Positions 1 to 11,040 of a stretch of 64,000 nt of DNA are shown piece after piece. The notes beneath the pieces were generated by a model. The model worked only from the letters and a program-made list of their open reading frames with translations, ran no database searches and was not told the DNA's origin. The position numbers and the translations under genes were made by a program. This DNA comes from Anaeramoeba ignava BMAN (taxonomy: Eukaryota > Protista > Anaeramoebae), in assembly GCA_028826165.1 (NCBI GenBank), contig JAPDFW010000082.1:248001-312000 (forward strand). The letters run 5' to 3'. The first letter of the stretch is position 1. Every line of letters starts with the position of its first letter.

Positions 1-266
1 CTATTGAATTAAGTGAGAAAAGAAGAGAAGAACTTACTGAAAATGCTAAACAAATTATAATCGAACTTGTTTCTCAGACACAATTAAATTCAAAATCTAT
101 TGCTCATCTTCCAAAACCTGAATTCAAAGTAATTAAGAATCATTTCAATTTTAGATCCAAATAATTTTCTAATTAAAAATTATTTTTTCAATTATAGATT
201 GAAACTCCTAAAGAAAAAAGAAGTGGCTTTTCTTTATTTGAAATACTTCCAATAACTCAAAAATAA
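1..266 (+). CDS. 3' end of an unidentified protein-coding gene (exons <1..128, 198..266)
   Basis: Open frame IELSEKRREELTENAKQIIIELVSQ...KPEFK, a GT..TAG intron at 129..197, then in-frame IETPKEKRSGFSLFEILPITQK ending in TAA. Confidence 0.5.
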
Positions 267-269
267 AAA

Positions 270-1020
270 ATATTTAAAAATAAAAATATCTAAAAATATC
301 TAAAAATATCTAAATATCTAAAAATATCTAAAAATATCTAAATATCCAAATATTCAAAAATAAAAATATTTAAATATCCAAATATCTAAATATCTAAATA
401 TCTAAATATCTAAATATCTAAAAATATCCAAAAATATCTAAATATCTAAATATCTAAAAATATTCAAAAATATCACAATTTAAAAATAAAAATATTTAAA
501 AATAAAAATATCTAAATATCTAAATATCTAAATATCTAAATATCTAAAAAATAAAAATATTTTAAATATTTAAAAATAAAAATATCTAAATATCTAAATA
601 TTCAAAAATAAAAATATCTAAATATATCTAAATATCTAAATATCTAAATATCTAAATATCCAAATATCCAAAAATAAAAATATTTAAAAATATTCAAAAA
701 TAAAAATATCTAAATATCCAAATATCTAAAAATAAAAATATTTAAAAATAAAAATATCTAAATATCTAAATATTCAAAAATAAAAATATCCAAAAATATC
801 TAAAAATATCTAAAAATATCCAAAAATATCCAAATATTTAAAAATAAAAATATCCAAAAATAAAAATATCTAAATATTAAAATATCTAAAAATATCCAAA
901 AATAAAAAATATCTAAAAATAAAAATATCACAATTCAAAAATAAAAATATCTAAATATTCAAAAATAAAAATATCTAAATATCCAAATATCTAAAAATAA
1001 AAATATTCAAAAATATCTAA
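270..1020. repeat. Intergenic AAATATCT / AAAAATAAAAATAT satellite
   Basis: Degenerate tandem 8-10-bp units read directly from the sequence. Confidence 0.9.
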
Positions 1021-1090
1021 AATCGGATAAATTTTGTTTTAAAAAAGCAAACAAAAAAATATTTGAAAATAAATGAAATTAAAAAAAAAA

Positions 1091-1101
1091 TCATTTTTTT
1101 T
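1091..1101 (+). promoter_or_regulatory. TCA(T)n initiator-like element (representative copy; similar motifs lie upstream of most genes)
   Basis: TCATTTTTTTT 28 nt upstream of ATG 1119; the motif recurs on the coding strand upstream of many other start codons. Confidence 0.45.
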
Positions 1102-1118
1102 CTTTTGGAAAAATTAAA

Positions 1119-1967
1119 ATGAAATTTTTCTTATTCACTTTATTGATCTTATTTACATTTCAACAACAAACAGATTATATAACATTTCCCATTTCGAAAA
1201 CCACAAACCCAACACCAATAATTAAGCACACAATTATAAATCAAGAAAACAAAGAAAATGAAAAAAACACAACTGGAAATTTATTTATAATTCAAAATCC
1301 GATTAATCATTTCCATTTTCTTCCACCAAATGGAGGATGTCCAGGAATGGTAAGAACAACCGAAACAGCGAAAACAAACAATTGCACTCTTGCGACTAAT
1401 GCAGGATTTTTTGATATGGTAACTGGAGAATGCTTAGGAAATTTCATATCAAATGGAGAAATTATCCAACATTTATCATTCAAAAGATCTAATTTTGGAT
1501 TGACAAAAGATGGAAATTATTTATTTGGATATTTGCAAGATCAAGATGTTTTGGATTTAGGGTTTAACGACTTAGTTTCAGGTTCTGTTTGGCTTGTTAG
1601 AAATGGAAAATCTTATGTTGAAGAGTCTGTTAAAATTGAGCAACCTAGTTCAAATTTTGTGACTGAAAAAGCACCTCGTGTTGCAATTGGTCATGACAAA
1701 TCTGGGTTTTTGATGATTTTGGCTGTTAATGGTTTGGAGAGTGATGATTATGGTTTGGATCTTTATCAATTTGCTGATCTTTCTATTTCTCTTGGTTTTG
1801 TTAATGCTTTAAATCTTGATGGAGGTGGAAGTGAAACTGCTTGGTTTCAAAATAAAATTTGGAATACTTGTTCTGATTTGTGTACTTCAAAAGATATCCA
1901 ATTTCATTGTCCTAATACACAAATTAGATGCCAACGAGCTGTTACAACAATAACTTGTGTGAAATGA
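1119..1967 (+). CDS. Phosphodiester glycosidase / NAGPA (uncovering enzyme)-like protein with signal peptide
   Basis: Hydrophobic N-terminus; motifs ATNAGFF, APRVAIG, ALNLDGGGS and C-terminal RAVTTITC typical of the NAGPA domain; intronless. Confidence 0.85.
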   Translation: MKFFLFTLLILFTFQQQTDYITFPISKTTNPTPIIKHTIINQENKENEKNTTGNLFIIQNPINHFHFLPPNGGCPGMVRTTETAKTNNCTLATNAGFFDMVTGECLGNFISNGEIIQHLSFKRSNFGLTKDGNYLFGYLQDQDVLDLGFNDLVSGSVWLVRNGKSYVEESVKIEQPSSNFVTEKAPRVAIGHDKSGFLMILAVNGLESDDYGLDLYQFADLSISLGFVNALNLDGGGSETAWFQNKIWNTCSDLCTSKDIQFHCPNTQIRCQRAVTTITCVK

Positions 1968-1989
1968 TTTTTGGATACGAATATTTGAA

Positions 1990-2650
1990 TAAAAATCAAA
2001 ATCAAAATCAAAATCAAAATCAAAATCAACAAAATTAAAATCAAAATAAAAATCAAAATCAATTAGAAAATCAAAATTAAAATCAAAATTAAAATCAAAA
2101 TCAAAATTAAAATCAAAATTAAAATCAAAACCAAAATTAAAATCAAAACCAAAATAAAAATTAAAATTAAAATTAAAATTAAAATCAAAATTAAAATTAA
2201 AATTTAAAATCAAAATCAAAATTAAAATCAAAATTAAAATCAAAACCAAAATTAAAATCAAAACCAAAATAAAAATTAAAATTAAAATTAAAATTAAAAT
2301 CAAAATTAAAATTAAAATTTAAAATCAACAAAATTAAAATCAAAATAAAAATCAAAATAAAATTAGAAAATCAAAATCAAAATCAAAATCAAAATCAAAA
2401 TCAAAATCAAAATCAAAATCAAAATCAAAATCAAAATCAACAAAATTAAAATCAAAATCAAAATCAATTAGAAAATCAAAATCATAATAAAAATCAAAAT
2501 CAAAATCAAATTCAAAATCAAAATTAAAATCAAAATCAAAATCAAAATCAAAATCAAAATCAAAATCAAAATAAAAATAAAAATCAAAATCAAAATAAAA
2601 ATCAAAATCAAAATAAAAATCAAAATTAAAATCAAAATCAAAATTCAAAA
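1990..2650 (+). repeat. (AAAATC/AAAATT)n hexamer array downstream of the NAGPA stop
   Basis: Tandem hexamers seen directly. Confidence 0.9.
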
Positions 2651-2861
2651 ATAAATCAGAGATTAATCAAATTTAATGTTTTAGAAATTTTTTTTTACTT
2701 TTTTATTAAAAGGAAAATGGGGGATTTTTTTGTTTTAAAATGAATAATAAAAAAGTTTTTTTTTTGAAAGAAAAAAAAAACAAATTTCTTTTTCATTTTT
2801 TTTTCTCAATTCTTATTATTTTTTAATTAATTTAGATTTTGTTTTGTTTTGTTTTTTTTAA

Positions 2862-5800
2862 ATGTTAAAAGAAAAAGAAAATAAAACAATTCCAGAAGCA
2901 AATAACAATAACAACAACAACAACAATGATAATAATAACAATAACAATATTAATAATAATGATATTGATAATAACAATGATAACAACCAAAATATTGAAA
3001 ATGATAATATTTTAGTCGAAAAAAATTTAGATGACTCCAATTCAATTCAAAATGAAAATCAAAACTATTTGGAAAATTTAGAACAGAATCAAAAAATAAT
3101 CTATTTTAAATCTCAAATTGCAAGAATTGAAAAGATAAAAAGTAAGATTTACGAAAAAATTGAAAAAGTGGGTGAAGAAGACAATGAAAAAAATTGGCGA
3201 ATACAAGGAAGAGTAAAAATTTAAAAAGCAAATAATAATTTTTAATTGAATTTTTTTTTGATGAAATGGAAAAAAAAAATTTTTTTTATCTTTTTCTTTT
3301 GAATTAATAGAAAAAAATAAAGAGTGCAATATTAAGTTTATGTTTACATATTGGTATTGATCCTCCTGATGTTGAAAAACCTGATCCTTGTTCAATTTTA
3401 CAATGTTGGATAAATCCATTCTCATTAAATGAACATAAAGCAATTGCATTAATTGGTGAAACACTTGAAGAACAATATAAAAGATTACAACCAAGAGTAG
3501 TGATCAAAATTACAGATTGATTTAAATTAAAATTCATTTATAAAATTTAAAATTCATTTATAAAATTAAAATTCATTTATAAAATTAAAATTAAAATTAA
3601 AATTAAAATTAATTTATAATTAATTTATACTAAAATTCATTTATAAAATTAAAATTAAATTATAATTAATTTATACTAAAATTCATTTATAAAATTAAAA
3701 TTAAAATAAAATTAAAATTAAAATTAAAATTAAAATTAAAATTAAAATTAAAATTAAAATTAAAATTAAATTATAATTAATTTATAAAATTAAAATTAAA
3801 ATTAAAATTAAAATTCATTTATAAAATTAAAATTAATATTCACTTATGAAATTAAAAGATTTATTATGAAAAATTACTTGATCCATGCGTTGAAAACCTC
3901 AGAAAATCATGTATTCAACACCAAAAATACTCACAAAACGAAAGAATTCTATTTCATTATAATGGACATGGAGTTCCAAAGCCAACAAAAAATAGAGAAT
4001 TATGGTTTTTTAATAAAGATTACACACAATACATCCCAGTATCAATATATGAAATATTTGTCTGGCTTGGAAACTCGGCAATTTTCGTACTTGATTGCAC
4101 AAAAGCAGATTTACTTCGCTCAGCATTTTTATCTGAAGAAAACCCATTTATGAACACAAAAATAACTGAAGAAAAAGATTACATTTTACTTGCGCCATGC
4201 CAACACGATCAAGAACTTCCAGTTGATCCGAAGTTCCCAGCCGATTTATTCACAAGTTGCCTAACAACACCAATTCAAATTGCATTAAGATGGCATATTT
4301 ACTCAAATATTTATTCGAAAACATTATTGAATAATATTCATGTGGAAGATCTTGACAAAATCCCCGGGACGCTATTAGAAAGACTGTCTCCGCTGGGGGA
4401 ACTTGATTGGATATTCACAACAATAACAGATATGATAGCATGGTGTTCATTTCCAAATGATTTATTTAAAAAATTGTATCGAGAAGATCTTCTTGTTGCC
4501 GCGCTATTCCGCAATTTCTTGCTTGCTGAGCGTATTTTGAAATCAATGAACTGCACTCCATTCTCAATTCCGCAACTCTCTCCAACAGATCAGCATCCTC
4601 TTTGGAAAGCTTGGGATCTTGCTGTTGATGCTTGTATTTACCAACTGCCTGAATTCTTATCAGATCCAAATTATGTTTTTAAGCCAAGTTCATTCTTCCG
4701 TGATAATGTAATTGGTTTTGAGAATTGGATCATGTTCGGCACAAAAATAAAATATGGTGTTGATCTTCTTCCTTTTCTTCTACAGCTACTTCTTAGCCAG
4801 AATTACCGTAAACATGCTCTTCATTTGATTGTTAAATTTATGGATCTTGGCTCTTGGGCAGTTTATAAAGCTTTAACTGTGGGTATTTTTCCTTATATGT
4901 TGATGCTTCTCCCAACACAAGAACTTGAAATCAAAATGATTTTGGCAGCAATTTGGGGGAAAATTTTAATTTATGATAAAGTACATTTCAAATATTTCAA
5001 ATAATTTAAATATTTATTGAATAATAATTTAAATAATTTAAATATTTTAAATATTTTAAATTTTTAGTCTTGCCAAATCGATCTTGTCAAAGAAAAAGGT
5101 TATGTTCATTTTATTGATTTATTGTCGGCTCCTCAATTACCTCCTGAAATTGAATCTGCTGCTGCTTTTGTTATTGCACTTACATTAAATAATTGCAAAG
5201 ATGCAAAAATTGGATGTTTAAATTCAAATTTACTGCAAATTTGTTTATCAAAATTGGGAGAAAAATCAGAATCTCGAAAATGGTGCAGTTTATGCTTATC
5301 AAAATTATTAGAGGGATATGAAAAAGCTAAAGAAAAAGCAATTTCTGCAGGAATTTCAGATAAATTACTCAAATTACTCAAGGATCCAAACCCAATTATT
5401 CGAGCATGTTCGATTTATGGATTATCAAATACAATCAGTGAAAATATAGAAGAAGAATCAAGAAATTCACAAGAATTTAGTGTTAGTGTCTCACTATTAG
5501 CAGCTGCAAATGACGGAAGTCCAATTGTTAGAATGGAACTGCTTGTGTTTTTATCGAAATTGATTTCTCTTCATGAAGGTTTGAATCATTTTTAATTTCT
5601 TTTGATACAAATTTTTGAATTTGTTCCACTTTTTAATAACTTTATATTTTATTTTATTATATTATGATATTTTAATTTTATTTTATTTTTACAGAAAAAG
5701 TTCAACAAGTCGCACTAAAAATTGATGAAGAATTAATTAAATTCAAAAAAGACCCAACAGATCAAATTGATTCTGAGCATAATACAGCAATATTTTCTTT

Positions 5801-8279
5801 GTGGTGGAAAACATTGGTGAAATTTAGCACGGATCCTTACATCGAAATTCAAAAAATATCGAAAGATTTTATCACGAAATTAAGGTACTATTGGGTTCCA
5901 TTTGGGATCTTTGATTCAATGAGAATGCAAAGCTCAAATCCATCAAAAGCGCAGCAAAATAACAGAAGTTTAAACTCTTCAACTCAAAATTTATTCTCCA
6001 AAATTCCCAAAAGCGCATATTCTATTCTTGTTAGAAAAGAAAACTTGGAAGATCTAACGATAATCGCAAATCAACAAGAAATCCTCAAAAATAACCAATC
6101 TAATTCAGTAGCAAAAATGTTATTCCAAAAAGATAATTTACAAAATATCGAGGATGTGCAAATAAATAGCAATTCCAAAGAAATCTCTCAAGATTCACCA
6201 AAAAACAAGATCACCCCAAAAAGTTCCAATCACAAACTACATGAGGAAAAAAGAAAGCCTCGCGGAAGCACAAAAAATTTACCAAAAGAATCAAGAAAAG
6301 CAAGAAGAGGCTCCTCTTCAAAAATACTTGATAAAAATGAGCAAAAAGAAAATTCACAAAATAATATTGAATCACAATCCAAAGACGAAGATCTGACAGA
6401 TGAGACCTACAAATCAACTCAAGTATTTGCGAAATCATTTACTAACTTTTTTGCTGTCGATTCCTTTTTCGAAACACCAAATAAAATTTCTGACAAAACA
6501 CCAAGAGAAAACGGAAGAACACTTCATAATAGTCTCGACATCCCCAACACAGAAGAACGAATAATCCCGTTTAAATCAACCCTTTTCGATTTTTGTGTTG
6601 ATTTGTATTCTGTCCCTGAAATTTTCCAGATTAAAAATAACGATCTTGTTTTCCATTCCAATACAACAAGCAAAATCAACACTCCAAAAAATTTAAGAAC
6701 ACAAAATATCATTGAAAAAACAAAAAACTCAATGATCGAAAATGTCAAAGAAATTGTGAACCAAAAAACAAAGTTCCAGCTAAATGATCAATGCGCACTG
6801 ATCAATAGTCACACAAACAAAGTTTCGTCAGTGGTTTTCCATCCATATGAATCCATGATTGTCTGCAGCGACAAAAAAAACCAGATATTTATTTGGGATT
6901 GGAGAAAAAGCTCCGGAAAATTAGTTAATCAATTCAATAACGGAAATTCGGGACAATCACGCATATCTTTCTTATCACTAATCAACGACTTGACACCAGA
7001 TCCGTTTGTTATTTCTGGAACAACAGACGGAGTTTTGAAGATTTGGAAGGATTGCTTTTCCACAAAAGAAACAGACTATCCAAATCATCTTGAATCAAAC
7101 ACAAAAAATAAGGCAAATTCAAGAAATTCGAAAAATTATCCAAGTCTTTTATCAGCTTGGTCGATGTTCCCTTCATATGATAACAAGAAGGCAATTACTT
7201 TGGAATCAAGCGCTGTTTTTGATTGGAATCCGCATAACGGACTTGTTTCGGCATTTGGCGAGAATCGTGTCATCAAAATTTGGGATGTTCAAATTGAGAA
7301 TGAATACCAAACTTTGCCAACAAATAGTGATCGTGGATTGAGCTGTTTGAAGCACGATCCTAAAAATCCTAATATTTTATTTGGTGGCTCCTATAATGGC
7401 AATCTTTTGGTTTATGATATTCGAATAAAATCTTCTGGATCTTTGGTTCACTCTTTTTCTGAACATAGTCATACTGTTTTAAATATTTGTAAACAAATTG
7501 GATCTGAAGAAGTTTTGATTTCTGGTTCTGTTCAAGGTGATATTAAGTTTTGGGATTTAAGAAATCCATATGCAACGAAAACATTAATAGCTTATCAGGG
7601 GTTGATGACAACACTTGAAATACATGATTATTCTCCTTTAATTGCATGGTAATTTAGAAATATATTTAAAAGAATATTTAAAAGAATATTTAAATAAATA
7701 TTTAAATAAATATTTAAATAAATATTTAAATAAATATTTAAAAGAATATTTAAAAGAATATTTAATATTTAATTCAATTCAATTCAATATTTAATATTTA
7801 ATTCAATTCAATTCAATATTTAATATTTAATTCAATATTCAAAAGAATATTTAAATAAATATTTAAATAAATATTTAAAAGAATATTTAATATTTAATAT
7901 TCAATTCAATTTAATATTTAATTCAATTCAATTCAATTAAATTCAATATTCAATTCAATTTAATATTTAATTTAATTTAATATTCAATATTTAATATTTA
8001 ATATTTAATATTTAATATTTAATTCAATTCAATATTTAATATTTAATATTTAATATTTAATATTTAATTTTCAATTTTTATAGTGGATCTAATAATGATT
8101 TTATAAAGATATTTAATACAAATGGTGAACTAATTAATACTGTTGGATATTATGATTCTTTTCTTTCTCAGAAACTTGGAATGGTTCATGCAGTTTCTTT
8201 TCATCCTTATCAAATGTACTTAGCATCAACAACAGATTCTTTAATTTCTGTTTTTACTCCAAGTTTTTTAAAAAATTGA
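2862..8279 (+). CDS. RPTOR: Raptor/KOG1, TORC1 subunit (exons 2862-3212, 3311-3496, 3859-4980, 5068-5578, 5695-7648, 8084-8279)
   Basis: Spliced product has RNC motifs LCLHIGIDPPDV, RILFHYNGHGVP, PADLFTSCLTTPI and LGELDWIFTTITD, then HEAT repeats and a C-terminal WD40 region; five GT-AG introns preserve the frame. Confidence 0.95.
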
Positions 8280-8490
8280 ATATAAAAAATTAATATTCTA
8301 TGAATTATTTTGGTTTCTTTTTGTTATTTTTTTTTAGTGAAGTGATAAAAAGAAAAAAAACAATTTTTCTTATTTATATTTTTATTCGATTCTTTAATTT
8401 TTGATTTTTAATTTTTTTATTCGATTCTTTAGTTTTTTTTATTTTTTCATTTTTTTCATTTTTTTCATTTTGCTTTTTTTTAAAAAAAAA

Positions 8491-10901
8491 ATGAATTTAA
8501 ATTTAATAACTTACATCATAACAGCAATATTTTTACTACAAACAATCAAGACACATCCCAAAGTAGTAATAAACAACATAACAAAAGAAGAAACACGAAA
8601 CGAAACAGAAACAGAAATTGCAGGATACACATGTTATTCAGGATATATATTAGCAAACGAGACATCAGGAGCGTATCTATTTTTTGTTTATATAGAACGA
8701 AACACGAGCAATCCATTGCAGTTAGTACTAGCAGGAGGACCAGGATGTTCATCTTCAGATGATCTTTTTCTTGCTCTTGGACCATCTTTGATCCAACCTG
8801 ATGGATCCTTTATAAACAACTCTAATGCATGGACTGATATCTTCAATCTTCTCTTTATTGATAATCCTGTTGGTTCTGGTTATTCTTATATTGATGATCC
8901 GGATGGTTATCCTACTAACCAATCTTTGGTTTCTCAACAACTTTATACTTCTTTATTGGTCTTTTTTGATAAATATAATATCTCACAAGATAAAGATTTT
9001 TATATTTATGGTGCTAGTTATTGTGGTAAATATATTCCTGCTTTGGGATATAAGATTTTACAAGAAGGTTTTGTTATTAATTTGAAAGGAGTGATTATTG
9101 GTAAGTTTTCCAAAACTAATTTTAATTTTATAAATGAATTTTAATTTTAATTTTAATTTTAATTTTAATTTTGATTTTAATTTTAATTATAATTTTAATT
9201 TTCAAAATGAATTTTAATTTTATTTTTAATTTTAATTATAATTTTAATTTTAATTTTAATTTTAATTTGAATTTTAATTTTAATTTTAATTTTAATTATG
9301 ATTTTAATTTTAATTTTAATTTTAATTTTCAAAATGAATTTTAATTTTATTTTTAATTTTAATTATAATTTTAATTTTAATTTTAATTTTAATTTTATAA
9401 ATGAATTTTAATTTTAATTTTAATTTTAATTTTAATTTTAAATTTAATTTTAATTTTAATTTTAATTTTAATTATAATTTTAATTTTAATTTTAAAAATG
9501 AATTTTAATTTTAAATTTAATTTTGATTATAATTTTAATTTTAATTTTCAAAACGAATTTTAATTTTAATTTTATTTTTATTTTAATTTCTAAATTTAAT
9601 TATAATTTTAATTTTAATTTTAATTTTAATTTTCAAAATGAATTTTAATTTTAATTTCTAAATTTAATTTTAATTTTAATTTTAATTTTAATTTGAATTA
9701 TAATTTTATTTTTAATTTTAATATTAATTTTAATTTTAATTTTAATTTGAATTTTCAAAATGAATTTTAATTATAATTTTAATTTTAATTATAATTTTAA
9801 TTTATATATTAGGTGATGGAATAACAGATCCAGTAAGTCAAATGAATTATTCATATTATGCATATGCAACTGGATTAATTGGAGAGTTACAATATCCAAT
9901 AATTCATGCAAAAGAACTTGAATGCGTAAATTTAATGCAAAATGAAAGTTGGTTAGATGCAGCAAATTGCATGATTGATATTTGGGGAGAAATTGTTAAC
10001 ATGTCTGGAGGTGTAAATGTTTACGATATAAGATTATATGGAGATTATAATTTCACAGCATTAGATAACTTTATGCAATCAAACTCAACAAAAGAAACAT
10101 TTGGAGTTGATTTGAATACAACTTGGTGGGATTGTGATGGTCCTCCAACTCATTATTTATACGAAGATATGCCCAAATCAGTTAAATCAGATTTCGAGGC
10201 TCTTTTGGCAAATGGAACCAAGATTTTCTTATATACTGGTCAATTTGATTTAATCATTACTTTGGTTGGTTCTTTGAATTTTTTGAGTAATGTCAATTGG
10301 GAATATATGGATGATTTTAATAATTCTACAAGAATTATTTGGAAAGTTGATGATGAAATGGCTGGTTTTGTTAAGCACTATAAAAATCTTTGGTTTGGAA
10401 CAATTGTTGGTGCTGGTCATTTAGGGTAATTAATCTTCAAAATAAATTTCATTTTTATTATTTTTACTAATTTCAATTTTCCTTTTTTTCAAAAACAAAA
10501 TAGAGTTGTAAGAATTTTTTAAAAATCAATTTAAATATTAATTTAAATATTTGATTTAAATATTAATTTAAATATTGATTTAAATATTAATTTAAATATT
10601 TATTTAAATATTAATTTAAATATTGATTTAAATATTAATTTCAATATTTGATTTAAATATTTATTTAAATATTAATTTAAATATTTGATTTAAATATTAA
10701 TTTAAATATATTAATTTAAATATTAATTTGAATATTGATTTAAATATTTGATTTAAAAATATTTGATTTAAAATCAAAAAATGAAATTTAATTGAATTCT
10801 GTTTTTTCCTTTATTAACCATAATAATATTATTAGGTTGATCAAGCAAAACACACTCATAATTTAGCTTATCGTTTCGTTAATGATCTTCCTTTCGATTA
10901 A
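8491..10901 (+). CDS. Serine carboxypeptidase S10 (CPVL-like); exons 8491-9100, 9813-10425, 10504-10507 (4 nt), 10836-10901
   Basis: Signal peptide; GGPGCSS, FIDNPVGSGYS, nucleophile motif GASYCG, FDLI (Asp) and GAGH (His); the C-terminus GAGHLGVVDQ needs the 4-nt exon. Confidence 0.9.
9115..9810 (+). repeat. Intronic (TTTAAT)n array
   Basis: Fills carboxypeptidase intron 1 (9101..9812). Confidence 0.9.
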
Positions 10902-11040
10902 TTTTTTTTTCTTTTTTTTCTTTTTTTTTTCAAATTCAAAATTCAAAAAAAAAATTATCCAAAATAAAATTGGATGGAAAAAATCAAGGATTTAAAAAAA
11001 AATTCAAATTTTAAAAAAAAATTATTTGAATCAAATTAAA

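Noticed and set aside
3866-4153. Apparent frameshift between Raptor ORFs 3866..4153 and 4150..5004
   Set aside because: The real exon starts at 3859 in the same frame as the 4150 ORF; the 3866 ORF is an off-frame artefact
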